The notes beneath the pieces were generated by a model that did no database searches, was not told the origin of the DNA, and worked only from the letters and a program-made list of their open reading frames with translations. Both the position numbers and the translations under genes were made by a program. Below, piece by piece: positions 1 through 13,700 of a stretch of 64,000 nt of DNA. Within the stretch, counting starts at the first letter, position 1. Each line of letters starts with the position of its first letter. Origin of the DNA: Oculina patagonica (lineage: Eukaryota); the NCBI RefSeq assembly GCF_052425735.1, contig NC_135761.1:434001-498000 (forward strand), given 5' to 3'.

Positions 1-300
1 GCGAGACTCCATCGTGACACTTTGAATTTCTTGTCCCCCGAAACACGTGTTGTGGCAGCGCGTGATTCGGGGGACAAGTAAGTTCAAAGTACGGAACTTG
101 ATGCAGTGTATGGGTTATTGGGCAATTTATTTGCGTTGGCCTTTGGGCTGGCGTCATTTAGATTCGCTACACCGCGCTGATGAGTTCCAATAAGAACGAA
201 ACAGCTGTCCGCGGTTGCAATCCTGCTGTATCGGTTCCAGTCGTGGTGTTGTCTCGCAAAGCCTATTTTTCACGTAGTATGATCAGCCTTGCTTGCAGTT
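1..300 (+). mobile_element. Probable non-autonomous ribozyme-bearing retroelement (retrozyme-like), cut by the window start
   Basis: More GC-rich than its flanks. Contains a long hairpin at 19-90 (actttgaa..cttgtcccccgaa / ttcgggggacaag..ttcaaagt) and the hammerhead, and has no ORF. The right boundary is approximate. Confidence 0.55.
171..215 (+). ncRNA. Type I hammerhead ribozyme motif (retrozyme/Penelope-associated)
   Basis: Sequence reads ACCGCG-CTGATGA-GTTC-caataa-GAAC-GAAA-CAGCT-GTC-CGCGGT. The CUGAUGA and GAAA cores are intact. Stem I is accgcg/cgcggt, stem II is gttc/gaac, the short stem III is palindromic (acagctgt), and the GUC cleavage triplet is at 207-209. Confidence 0.9.
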
Positions 301-3300
301 GCTCGTTATCATTGCCGGCTGTTTTGCTGTAGTTGGAGCGGGGACGGTTTGTTTCTCAAAGCATGTGTACAAGTTGCGATTTCTCTTTGTGGCCCAACGG
401 AGACCTGTATTCACTTGATTTGCAGAACTGGTTGATTCACATTTTGGTGTCCTTAATTTCACCTAGAAAGGTCAGAAAGAGTATGATTACACCTCTTACA
501 CCATCAGTACTAATTGGGCTAGGTTAACTCTACATAAAAGATAAAACTCGTTCATTTGCCGTAAACTAAGAAACCAATTTTTTTTTCTCCAGTTCTGAGA
601 AAGGAATGTGTGGTAGCTCCAAGGCACTTTTAGTGACGTTAATTTACGTACCTGATTTAACACTCAGGCAGAACTTTTAGTTGTAAATGGACAAAGTAAA
701 TAACAGAGAGCTGTGATACTTTAAAACACTTTGATTTACTTTGTGTCTCATTACAGGAAATAAACAAAGCGCTTATAGAACAAAGACGTTTCCGTGGGGT
801 CTGTTAATTTAGTGTTTTACAAGCTTTTGTTATGCAGAGATGCTGTATTGTTAATCGCTTAACCCTTTCAAATCCGAGATTGAAACATGAATTCTCCTTC
901 AGCGCTGATTGCCATACCTTTTTTTTAATGATGTGAGAATTACGTGATACATCAAGACCGACATCTCGTGGTAAGAGAGTCTTTGACTCTCAGTTTATGA
1001 GTTGATCTTACAGCTGATGATTTTGTTAATTCTCATTACCTGTCTTCTTGACAATGTATTGATGTTGTAGGGAGAAATTAGTTATTGATCACTGGCAAGG
1101 GAATTAAGCAATTAAGAAAGGAATTCATTGATTTCTGGTCCCCACATACCTTGTACTGATTGTTCTTCTTTGAGTTTCGATAATTAATCAAAAGGCTTTA
1201 GGAGCAGCGATTTCTTTATCATTTGTAGAGTTTGCAGGGTCACATATTCCACTGTACGAAGATGAATATTGAGTGATTACGAGTAAAGTGCTGATAATTC
1301 GTAGATATCTGCAGATAGCCTGCCAGACCGGAAACCAATTATTGGATATTTTAAGGTTACTAGCCTTAATGTCAGATATACAGTCTGGAGTATTGACAAA
1401 ATAAAAGGAACAGTGGTTGTAAACTGGCCTTGGTCCGAAACAAGTTGCTTGTTAACAACGACAATCAGCTAAAAAGCATTGATTGGATTGTATCATTTAG
1501 TACCTTTAACTTAGTGAAAAATCGTTTTGATTGCAAGGGTGATCATAAACTGCACGATAATGAAGTTACACTTTACAACGTTAAAATCAAAGTAAATTTG
1601 CAGCTGTGTTGACTCAATCTTTGCAGGCGAGAAGTCGGACAACTGAATGTTACATGTTTCGTGTAAATTTTGTCGCAAAAAATTCCGCCGACACTGAAAC
1701 CAATTTCACGAAACCTTTTACAAAGACGCGCACCACCGGAAAGACGCCGGAGAGAAGAAAGTAAACCCATATTGTATATCCTCTTCAATTTTTTTTCCAG
1801 AATCCACGACTTTGAGATTAAAAACTAACAAACGTAAACAGTGTTTAGTTTTGTCAGTCTTCTGCAGATCACGTATCTGTGTTTGGCACTGCTCAAAATC
1901 CATGGCACTGATCACGAACTTGGCTTAACATGACTAGTTTATTTATCTTTTGAGCTTACAGAAATCCGTAGTTTTGAGATTTGGAAGGATTAAACAATAG
2001 TAAGAAATGAAATTGATAGTCTGTCAGGGCTGTCAGTACACAGTCTAGTCAAAACTAATGGAGAAGGAATATGGCGAAGGGCGAAGTTCACGGCAGTCCG
2101 ATGTGTGCGCAAAACCTTTGCTTAGCAAGTTAAAAGTTTTAGTGCAAAACAAAACATTAATTAGAGCTATAGAAATCATGAACACGATTTCAGTATTCTG
2201 ATTTCACGTTATTTAATGCTTTTCTTTTCAAAAATAGTAAATAACTCGATGATAAGTTCTTCTGAGTCGTTAGTATTAAGTAGGTTGTTTTTCAAGAACA
2301 AGTATTGATTGTGATATGTTGAGAGTCCTTTGTATTGAAAACACATTCCCAGCGTTTTTTATAGCACATTGCTTTGCTATTGAATTTTTTATTTAAGGCC
2401 TAACGTGTTTGTTGATCAAAAATCACATAGCTGGAAAACTAGGGCAAACAACTGGCAGACGCCGGACATTTGTTTCGTACATCACGAAAATCGATAAGAC
2501 ACGACATGCGCTTTACGGGTCATAATGTTGGCAAACTTTGCCAAAAAGACGCTTTCAACTGCTAAGCGAACCCACAATTACTTTACAAAACAGAGATTCT
2601 GTTAAGGGACTTGATGAAAGAACGCACACAATAACCCTTGGAATTACTTTCAATTAGAGTAAAATTTCCATAACATTTGTGTACACACGCGCATGCGTCC
2701 ATTATCCCAATTCTTATATGGGACAGATTGTGTTGGCGTGCTATGTTACTGAGTTTTATTTGATCATGTGTTCGTATGCCTCTCGCAGGATAACATTCTG
2801 AGATCGCCTATCGTAGTGGCATTATGTACTTGATGTATCGCTCTATTGAAGTCGCCGGACAATACTCTCATGCTTCAACAAGAGGGATCGATGCTGCCCA
2901 GTAGTGCAAGCGTACATGAAGGAAACCTAAGGCACAGTAAAACAAGTAAGTTCACGACGAGTTGTTTGTTTCACTCTCGCGGTGTGGAAATGTACACGCA
3001 AATCGCTGTTCGTTTCAGTCACGAAATGTTGCAGGAAATTCGCGGGAAATTTTACCCGCGTCGATCGATCGATGGATTTAACAATAAGCTACAATAGATT
3101 GTGTGTTACTGGAATTTCATGCACGGGGCAGGCTGTATGTGTGTGGGATTAGAATGCAAAGAAGCCCTTTCTTTACACCCTTTGCTCATTCCTTTAAAAT
3201 AGATTTTAGCGTGGCTTGTCAGTGTTTTGGGTATCGCAAATTCCATGTAATCTTTGTTCATCGCCGAAATAAGAGAGCCAAGACCTATTGTTTTGATAAA

Positions 3301-4449
3301 TCGATCGCGTTACAAGGAGCTGGCAAGTGGTTCTCAATTTAGAATTGCCGAGAATCGATGACAAAAGACAGGCCTGATTTGTCGTGCGTTGTTGCGCTAT
3401 TTATTGTGTGCGCTAATGGTTAAAGGAAACGTTAATTAATCGGCAAATTTCTGAAGGAAATTCATCTTAATTTCGCGTGTCCTTGAAAATGAAGAGACCG
3501 TTGACGCATTTTCACTTCTTGAAAGAGAACTTGCAATGACAGAAAAATTGGTTAAACAAACACTGTCCATAGAAGCCATAAATGAGTTACGCTCCTCTGC
3601 GTTTCTGGCCAATTAGGGGGCCTCACTTAATTCAAGTTTAAACTTTCTTTCACAAAGATGTGTAAAGCGGTCACAGAAACAATAGTTCATTTACATATAT
3701 AACTTAATGATAAACACCAATGGGAATTGGCTTAAAATACTTACTTAGCTGCTTTCTGATAAAACACTGGATTCGAATGTTTAAATTGCTTTTTGCTGCT
3801 CAAGTTTCCTATTTTTTATCCTTGCGCGGGCGACAACTGAAGTCATCTTTATTCTGTTTATGAGCGGCAAGAATTCTTTTTGCATGACAGAAAGCCCTCT
3901 GTTATTGAAATATACACGACTTATCCGCGAATTTATCGATATACAATTTCATGACATTTGACATGTCGTTAACTTGCTTTCTTTTTTTGTGTCAAAAAGT
4001 ATGTAACAAGCATTTAGTTTCCGCTGTTTGCTTTGAAAAGTAAAGAATGAATCAGGACGCTGTTATTAAAAAAGTTAAGGTTTCTTTCTTGGATGTACAG
4101 TTCTTTTATGGCAGGGCGCAGGGCTTATATCATTTGCACTGTCTTCGCCTGCTTGATTCCCTGTGTTATGTTTATTTTGGTGTTTGTTTTTTTGAAAATC
4201 GAGTTTCTTTTTTGTACATTTTTGAAAACTCTGTTTGATTCTTTGTCTTTGTCTGAGATAGCGAAAAGTAGGTATGAAAATCGTTGTTCACACATAATTC
4301 TCACCTGTGGAGTTTCTGTTGCGTGAAGCGGAAGATATAAAGTCTTTACCGGAAGTCACGTTCCATTCGGTCACGGTGTCACAGCAGACTTCATTGCACT
4401 TTCTCCATTTTTCTAGGTTAAATACTTTCCTGTGGCTTTCAAGAAAATC

Positions 4450-4660
4450 TCAGAGATTTGAACGGTAAAATGTGTTCAAATTTGTTTCCAAATCCCTTTT
4501 TAAACAGCAAATGAGAGTTTTTGAGAGGAAACGTTTTCATATTTCATTTTCTTGTTCCAATTTCCTTGAATCACGTGACCAATTTAGGACATGCGCTGAG
4601 CGCGAAATTTGAGTTGTGAAAGCGGTTTCGTGGAGGAAGGAGATAAGTTTACAACGGCTT
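4450..4660 (+). promoter_or_regulatory. Putative KIF15 cell-cycle promoter (CHR, E2F, CCAAT, Myb-like motifs)
   Basis: TTTGAA at 4457-4462, TTCAAA at 4475-4480, TCACGTGA at 4571-4578, CCAAT at 4579-4583, GCGCGAAA at 4600-4607 directly followed by TTTGAG, and CAACGG at 4652-4657. All lie 100-300 nt upstream of the ATG. Confidence 0.45.
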
Positions 4661-4758
4661 TACATCATTTCCTTTTTAACGAGCATTCAAGCATGTGTTT
4701 CTAACTTTCGCTGAAAACATTTATCAAAACTTCTTCTTCGATCAAGTGTTGTTTTGCC

Positions 4759-7700
4759 ATGAGAATTCACTTGCCGCGTAGAGGGAAAGGTGAGCAAAGG
4801 ACCACAAATCGCGAACTGTCTAAACTGTCCAACACGTTCTGTCTAAATTCGCTTTCAGCTCTTCTAGAACTTTCTAAATACTTACGCAAATTCTAATTTT
4901 GCTTTGTAGAAACATCAAGCAATGGATTTGAAAGGTAAGTGTTCATTTCAGCTTCTGCTTGTAAGATTATAGCTTTGAATCTTCACCTTGTTGATCGAAT
5001 AATATTTGTGAGCGCGCAATTTTTTTGTAAAATTTGAATACACAATGATGAATAACAAAACGAGTATCTCGACCTCGCACCGCTTATATTTAGTTCGTTC
5101 GTGTTGAGCTACTACAGCTGTGAATTTTTCAAGTGTTTTCTAGCCAAGCCGTTTGTCCATATTTTAATTTGTCGGCGGTACTTGCGTAAGAACCGCTCAA
5201 AAGTAAACAAACACGAAAGCTTCTTTGTTGAATGACGCGAAGAAACATTTTTGATGCGCCGAGGAGTAGATGCGCGGGTTATGAGTTCTGTTTACTGAGT
5301 CTTCGTAAAGAAAAAACTTCTAGAAAGAGAGCACGATGTTCAGAACTGTCCAGGCTTGATGGCAATATCGTTTGGACATCAAAGGTAAAGTTATCGATGT
5401 AGTTAGTAGTTCTTTTTGATATAATATAATGTACTAATGTAAGGCAAGGCGCGTTGAACACAGAATTTACGTTACTTTTTACTGTATGCATTTGTTCTTT
5501 GTTTAAAGACTACTTATAAGAGTTAAACTAGCTTTTTCGTTGAAATAATTTGTCTTCCAATATACATAAATGGATATATTCAATACCTGTATTTCTTAAT
5601 TTGCAATCTTCATATCGGTCTATGGGATTAATTTGGATCGTATTGTATATAGTAAAATCACAAACAAATAAGTATAAACTCAAAGCAAGGAACTGAAATA
5701 AGCTTTCGCCTTTGTCATTTGAGGTAATAACAAAAACAGCGAGGAAAGTGAAATGTTTGGATCATAAATTCTTGCTAAAAAGCTTTTCAGTTAGAATTTT
5801 GCAGCTTTGAAAAGTTTGACAACAGCTGAAATGTACGGTAATCAGATTAACATATACTTTTAGTTTGTCCTCGCTTTTAGTTTCAAAAATAATTTAGGGA
5901 GCTGTTTTGAGCTAATGTTCTGTTAGTTTATGATCTTCTCTCAGTTTTCAAGTTAAATAAGTGCACTATTTGCAAAGTGAGGCATGGAACTTGATTTGTT
6001 AAAGTGCAAAGTGAAAAGTTGTTCAAGTAGAAGGCCAGATCTCCATTGTGCAAAACCAGTGATTAATTTAAATCTTGTTTTGGTATAATTTCGTTTGATT
6101 TTGTCCGCTTCCTTCAATGTCATGAAAATAAAGTGGACTTTGCAGAAATACATGATAATATATTACAGAACATTTTTTATACAAAAGGAAATGGATATTG
6201 TGGAGAAATTGTTCTATAAGGAACGTAATAAATTGATTGATTGATTAGTTTTAAGGACTACAGTACTTCTAAAGATCAAAATAATAATTGAATGAATGAT
6301 TATTAATTTATTAAAAGAATAATTGCATGTCACTTTATTTAAATATACCTGTATCTCCTATATTTTGGATGTATGCTTTTTGGATCAAAGATGTTGCTTT
6401 CTTGCTTTAATAATTGCATGAGTAACCAGTTTCTCTGTATTCAAAGGTCTTTAAGTAATTTTTACAACTTTTTCCAATGCAGCTATTTGACAATTGGCAT
6501 AGCATGATACGGTTGAGTCCCCAATAAACCACCAACCAAAATGTCAAGGCTATGTGATCGCTTACTGGATGTAGTCGCTTAAAGAAGCCAGACCAGAGAG
6601 GTGGTTGTACAAGGAGGCTCAACTGTATCTATATGAATTGTGAAAATTATGTCCATAAGATTTGAATCTACAATGTTGTTATAACAGCATGTGTTTTTCA
6701 CTGTCATATACTTTTATATTAGTGTTTGCAACAGCATAGGGATTGTTTACCATTGAGTTTTGTTTTGGAACATAAATGGAAAGACTATTGTATCATCTTT
6801 GAGAGGTACTTTAAAAACCCCAACTGGAACATCAGTAGCATAAATGAATGGAAATGGCACGTTCTGATTTCCATTTTTACTGACAGCTCCAGTCTTGCCC
6901 AAATAGTATTTTGCAATTAACATTTTGTGCACGCTTTAGCGTGCACTATCAAGTTATGGCAATCTTGAGAAGTTTAGAGAGCACAAAAGAAGGTAAGAGT
7001 TGCGAGGCAATAGCCGAGAGCAACTCTAGCTTCTTGAGTGCCCTCAAAACTTCCCAAGTGTACCATAACTCGATAGTGCACAGCTAAAAGCATGAAACAA
7101 TTGTTTTATCACATTGCTGGTGGAAATGTAGATCTAAACTTGTGAGAGAGAAAAATTCTGGCGAAGTGATTTGCTCACGCTATCAGCATACACTATTGTG
7201 CATGCTCAGGTATACTGAATTTGAGTGAGCACCTTTGCTAGCTATGTTATAACACTTGTTAAACAAATTGATTGGCTTTTCAGGTAAATTATTGGTTAAA
7301 CAGTTAATTCATTTCTTGATTTGGGAATGCCCAGTTTCCTCTATAAGGCATAACTGCAAGGCGTTATGGAAGTTGTTTCGGCGCTGCAGTGAAGAACATG
7401 TTTTTGCTGAATGCAGCAGCCACGAACCACTGCATGTGTGTCTCATAGAGTAGATTGGACATTTTGTGTCCATTCGCTTTCTTTTCTCTCTATAATATGA
7501 ATCAACCTCTTTATAAAGTTTACATTCATCTTAATTCAAACAAAGGTGTGCATGTGGAAATTAAATGGGTAAATCAAATTATCATAGAATATGGGATTGT
7601 TGTAGATCATGTTGATATTACTTGTCTGACAATGCTTTATAGAGGAAACTGTCAGTTATTAAACTTCAGTTTATTATATTGATCAAATGATTATAAACTA

Positions 7701-10700
7701 CTGCAAAATATCTTTGCACTGTATATCACAGTCACATTGTTTATTTGCTGCTTTATCTTGTAAACATTTGCTTCATAATAAAATACAGTAAATATACAAG
7801 TGCTTCAAGTTGACAAGAAAGTGAAAGTGAAAGTAATTGAGGTAGTTTCTGCACTGTGTTTTAAGTAGAACAGAATATTCATGAGGGTAACAGACTGTGG
7901 AAAGCAATAACTTTAATGTTACGCCATTAAGTGAACTCTAGCATTGTCTCATATGTGCTTTAAATAGTTTTTATTCAAATAATAAAGAGTTCCATTTATC
8001 TTTAATATCTTACTTCTCATCAAAATGACAATATCTATAAAAATCAGCCATGTGTACCACAAGGGAAAAGCAATGATCAAGAAGCGCAATCTGTTTTGAT
8101 CTACAAACAAACTCTCCATCTAATTTTGTAAGAAAGTCTAAAGAGAGCAGTAAGAAGATTTTGTCCACTGATATCAGGGCTTTAAAGGATTAAATATTGA
8201 TAAAACAATGAAGCAAACATAATTAACTTTGTTGCAGAGTTTTGTATTTTTCTTTCATAAATATAAATTACAATAATAATAGCCTTTGTGTTGGTCCCAC
8301 AAAAGAAGGTTCTGTCCCCAGCGGGAGCACACATTGTTATGGATATCGTTCTTTTGCTATTCTGGATGACAATTTGTGTAGCTGCTAATACAAATTCTAG
8401 CCCACGGGGTGAATAAAGAGTTGGAATAATTTTGAGTTTATCAACACAGTTTGTTTGGATAGCCGCCATATTTGCCAAGGTCATACATGTGTAAGGTAAC
8501 ATCATCAGTATCTCTAGTGGATGAAATGATCATAAAGTTTCTGTGACATGCTGACACTAACATTTCCTGGGCATAGCTGTAGAATAAAAAGTAGGAGACA
8601 CAGTGTGTCCACTTGCAACTTCTGTCGACGAAGGTAAAATATTAACCTTAGTCTATGGCAATCAGTGAAAAAAATTGTGCAAGCATCAGTAGAACACAGA
8701 GGATTGTTGAAGCCAGTGTTGTGGTTTAAACAGATGGAAATCTAAAATATTCTTTAATGTTGAGCTCCTCTTATTAATTTGCCATCAGTGACTGTGTTCT
8801 TGTGTTGCATCCATTCCTGACAAAGTACAATATCAATATTTGTATTGCTTGTTGTTGAAGGTGCATTTTAGCCCTTGTGTGACTAAAGAGAACTCCTCTC
8901 AGTTTAATTTCTGGCCAAAAGGATTCACTAAGGATGTTATGGGTTCTTTTTCACAACAATTTCTTAAATATTATGGATTAAGTCATTCTTTAATATTTTA
9001 GTTTTCTTCTGGACCCATGTGCTTGCTACCGTTGTTTTCCTTTTCCGAGATATTTTCATTATTGTCAATGTTTTTTTTAACACAATATTATATTATTTTT
9101 TATTAGCAAGTTAAGTACATAAGATTGTGCTAATGGAATATATATTATGACATTATTAATTACTAAAATTTTAAAGAATTAAGGAGAAATGTTCTTTTAT
9201 ACTCAGTGTATAGCTTTGTAGTGTTCAAATTAGCTATGATTTCTTTTTAATCGTTCCAATCAATCTTATTGTTTAAAATCGCTAAAAATAGGAATCTCTA
9301 ATCCAGTGCCGCTTCTAGATCCATCCACATTATAGTTGCTCATATTGAAATCTTCTGTAAGCAGATTATATTTATGATAATAATCTGTTGTCTTAGGTTT
9401 TTTCTATTCTACAGGCAGCAAGCAATTTCCGTTACCACCCAAAAGCAGCAATAAAATATCACAGTTGAACTGAGTAAATCCTAAAGATACTTCATAGCAA
9501 CCTACATAAACTAGCAAAAATAGCAACCTCAGATTTTACTTGATTGTATGTATGAATGGGTAACTTGAGCAAACTTGATTCAACATCTCACAACATTTAC
9601 CATCTAACAGTAACTGAGAGAAAATACAATGTTGTAGTAGGGTTGAAAGGACCCAGACTAGTTTCTCTCAAATGTTTATTTTGTATGTCTTTTTTATTTC
9701 CAAATTATGATCGTAAGAAGTTGCATTAGCCTATATACGGTACACCTTTAATAGCTACCTAATTTAGTAGTAAAACCTAACCGGTAAGTGACAACGGGAA
9801 ATGGCAAATATATTAAACACTTAAAGATTGGGTAGTCACTTGCCGGGCAGACCTGTGTCCCTACTGTATTTTATGTCCATACAGTATAGCTACATGTAAG
9901 AATTTAATTGACTAATATTGTCAGGACTTGGTGCCTGATTACCCCGATAAAGTTGTTTTTATTAATTTTATGATGGTGGTCATACAAAATTGCATGTACA
10001 TGTAGAGGTTTGATCAGTGAACTGGAATTAGCTTTTCTGATTACTTATTAACTCTAATGTGAACAAAATGTCTTTACTTGCATCTGATGCTGTCAATCTT
10101 CCTTTCCTATTGATCTTCCTTGATTATGTTTCCTTTAATATTATTAATAGCTACCGGTAGTGATACTCTAACAAGACTACCAAATTTTTGCACATTTTCC
10201 TATGATTTATTTATAAATCAAACTGTCTACTGGATGGTACTTTATTCTACAACTTAATAAAATTGATGATGAAAAATAGGAGCAAGGTTTGCAGCAAAGA
10301 AAGAAGATCCAAACAAATAGTTGTAGTTTAGAAACATTTTCATGCTCTAAATTTAGGTTAGATGATATATACATTAATTTCACCTTTGTTCACTTATACA
10401 ATAAGGGTGTGAAGGAGACAATGGCCTATTTTTCTTAACAAATTAAAACATTCCTAAGGAACATGTTAATTAAAAGACTTATTTTCAACTTCTCCCTAGA
10501 TTGTTTTTCTTAATTAATTTTGTTTAGGCTTTAAATTATCCATATAACGTAGAATTGACACAGGATCAGATTAGGATTTATTAATTTACTGACTGGATTC
10601 TTTGTACCTGTCATTCTCTTTAAATTTTATAATTATTTTTGACAGTATCAGAGCAGTTTATTCACTATAAAGTATAAAGGAAATTGAATTTAAACCTAGC

Positions 10701-13700
10701 TCAATGAGAGAGTGTGTGTACATTGTAGGAGCTCACTCAGACTGTGTTTTCAGAGGCTGCTAGTCAAAGTGTTTTTTTTTGCTCATATTTTGGGCTAGTG
10801 AAAGTTTTAATTTGCCAGCCCAGAATGACACTCTGACCCTTGAAAATTTTTAAACAGGAAGTCTAAATATCTGTTTTGTTTTTCAGTGGGGAAGGAGATA
10901 ACATTAGAGTGTACGTCCGTGTCAGACCACCAAGCAAACATCTTGAAACAGACCTTGACAGTACACCATGTTTAGAAGTAACATCTGGGAATACAGTTGT
11001 ACTCCAGTCTAAGCCTGATCCAAAAAACTTTTCGTTTGATCATGTGGCTGATATCAATGCTACACAGGTATTTATAACTTCTTAGTGGTTTTTAATGTCA
11101 AATGTGCAAATCGGTGTCGATTCTTTCAAAGTTAATTTTACAAAATTAAACCTAAATTTTGTTTGATTTGTTTTGTCAGGAAGAGGTATTTGGAGCAGTC
11201 GGGAAGAAGATTGTAGAAGGTTGTGTGGCAGGTTACAATGGAACTATTTTTGCCTAGTAAGTTTTACAAAACAACATCATGCTTATGACTGTGAGTTGTT
11301 TTCGTCAATATGCTTCATTGCATTTTACTGATCACCAGCAGTGACTGAGCAATGTCCACAGTGAGACCCTCACTGTAAGTGGCTCCTGCTGGGATACTCT
11401 TTGCCTTGTTTTATTTAATGATTTACTGTAAGCTGTGGTCTTGTATCTTGATTACAACATTTTCTTCTTTTCTTTACCATTTTCTTGCATTATTTCACTA
11501 CTAAATTATACTAATTTCATTGTGTTTGTTTTTTCAGTGGCCAGACAGGTTCTGGAAAGACATTCACCATGCTTGGTAAGCCTTAAACAAAACTCTTTAC
11601 TAAAAAAATAAATGTAATTCAATTGGTTTTTTGAGCTTGACAGTTGTCAATTTAATGAAGTAATTTATTATTATGTTTCTCTCTGTGTGATAGGGCCTGC
11701 GGAGGGAGAAGAAGAGAGCTTCACTCATCAGCTCCGTGGTGTCATACCACGTGCCTTTGAATACCTTTTCAGTCTTGTAAACAGAGAACAGGAAAAGGTA
11801 GAATATGTTATGTCTGCTTGATATAAATTTAGAACACTAAAATAATATTCAGCTCAGTGCAGGTGTGTGCATAGACCTTTAAATTGATTCATTTGTACTT
11901 TAAACTGCTGTGACAATGATTTTCTGCTCTGATACACCTGATCTAATAGTACAGTCAAATTTTCTTCTTTTAATATTAAAATTTCAAACTAGTCAGTATT
12001 CCTTAACAACATGGTTGCCTCAAACCGTTATGAATGGTAACCTTTGAAATTCAATTTTTTTTTTATTTGCCAAGTCAATGCTTTTCATTTTTGTGTTTTG
12101 CTGCAGCCGAGCGAAGCGCTCAAGTTTGTGCCGGGGTGCCGAGGTGTAGTGCCGAGGGAGAGAACACCGATTCAACAAACAGAACAACAAAACGAACACC
12201 GGTGAGGACGCACCGCCGTGGACACGGGAACGAAGACGAGGGGGGGCGACACCAGTATCTGAGTTCTCGAGCGGATGAACCCGCCGGTCCAGGACCGTGC
12301 AAGGTCGGCACCCCACCACACGGACCAGCGGAGGGGAAGGCAGGTGCGACACGGCGAGGCCCGTGGACGGCCGTGCGCGCCCGCGCGAGACGGGGGCGCG
12401 GGTCGAAGAAAGAGAGAGAGAGGTGACGACTCCAACATGTCCAAGACGCCAGCAGCAAAACACAGGACCCATTGGGGCCCTATTTTTCATTTAGCAGTGT
12501 TTTTAATTACAACTTTGTTTGTAAGCAACAGTTCTTTTGTCTTCTATTCTCTTAACCCCCATTAAGTCCACAAGGAGAGTTATACAACTCCGGTTAATTA
12601 AAGTTGTGTGCACTATCCACAACACAGAACTAATAATTTGCCAGTTGTGTTCACATGTGGATCTCACTATCTGCAAAAATTGTTGTTATTTCTATGACAA
12701 ATGTGTACCCTCAAATGACTATTATCAGTTCGTTATTTTTACTTGGTTCTCAAATGTATACAGTCCAAACAATAGAAAAAATTCTTTAATAGCACAAGGA
12801 GGTAATGCTTTTTCATGGTTCATTCATTTGGTATTAATTTCATTTTGCCCACAAGTTGTATCACCCACAGCTTATTTTACCACACTTGGAATTATAGTTT
12901 TGGCACACTTGGAATTGTTTCACTCGTACTTGGAATTGTTTTACTCGTACTTGGAATTGTTTTACTCGTACTTGGAATTGTTTTACTCGTACTTGGAATT
13001 GTTTCACTCGTACTTGGAATTGTTTCACTCGTACTTGGAATTGTTTCACTCGTACTTGGAATTGTTTCACTCGTACTTGGAATTGTTCACTCGACTTGGA
13101 CGACGGAGTCACTCGAGTTCCGACGGATGCACTGTACGTGGAATTGTCACTCGACTGGAAGTGGGGCGCGGGAATGTCACCGACGTGGATGTTTCACTCG
13201 TACGTGGAATTGTTTCACTCGTACGTGGAATTGTTTCACTCGTACTTGGAATTGTTTCACTCGTACGTGGAATTGAAGCATCCACACTTGCATTGTTGTG
13301 GCCTATTTGATTATTTTTAGTAATGGTCAGTGCTTAAGAGAGCATGACTTAACAATCTTTTAAAAATTTCAGTGGAAGTTAAGGTTTCCGCTGAACAATC
13401 AAGCAATACAGGCAAAAATAAAGTTACCACAGAATCTCATAGTATGGTAACAGTTTGAGTACAGCTAACAAAACCCTGCCAAAACTTTAGCTCTCAAGCT
13501 GACCCTGCAAGAGAAAAAATGAATTTGAAACTATCTACATTTTAGTTAAAATAGACGTTTTACACCAGTTAAAAACAAAATGGCGTGCATGTTAAACATT
13601 TTAAGATGTTTGACGTTAAATTTCTTGAGAATGCTTTAGAGTTTAATCATGGGGTCAGTAAGACAACGAATCTCAGTGAGAAGTTTAAAATACCGGTAGT

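Noticed and set aside
1300-4400. Possible decayed transposon or gene upstream of KIF15
   Set aside because: The short ORFs show no domain I recognise, and the candidate termini match only weakly.
4922-4934. ATG at 4922 as the KIF15 start
   Set aside because: Its phase does not match exon 3. The ATG at 4759 with the 25-nt exon restores the frame.
8182-8505. 107-aa minus-strand ORF in KIF15 intron 2
   Set aside because: No recognisable motif and no supporting exons.
9415-9475. Possible extra KIF15 exon after tttctattctacag
   Set aside because: Stops in the required frame and has no convincing donor site.
12020-12565. Several overlapping ORFs of 65-156 aa
   Set aside because: By-product of a GC-rich insert; no recognisable domain or splice context.
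12537-13320. Long ORFs with YLELFHS / LVLGIVS repeats, and a CRISPR-like look to the array
   Set aside because: These are translations of a stop-free 21-bp minisatellite. The units are head-to-tail with no true spacers, there are no cas genes, and the context is a eukaryotic intron.
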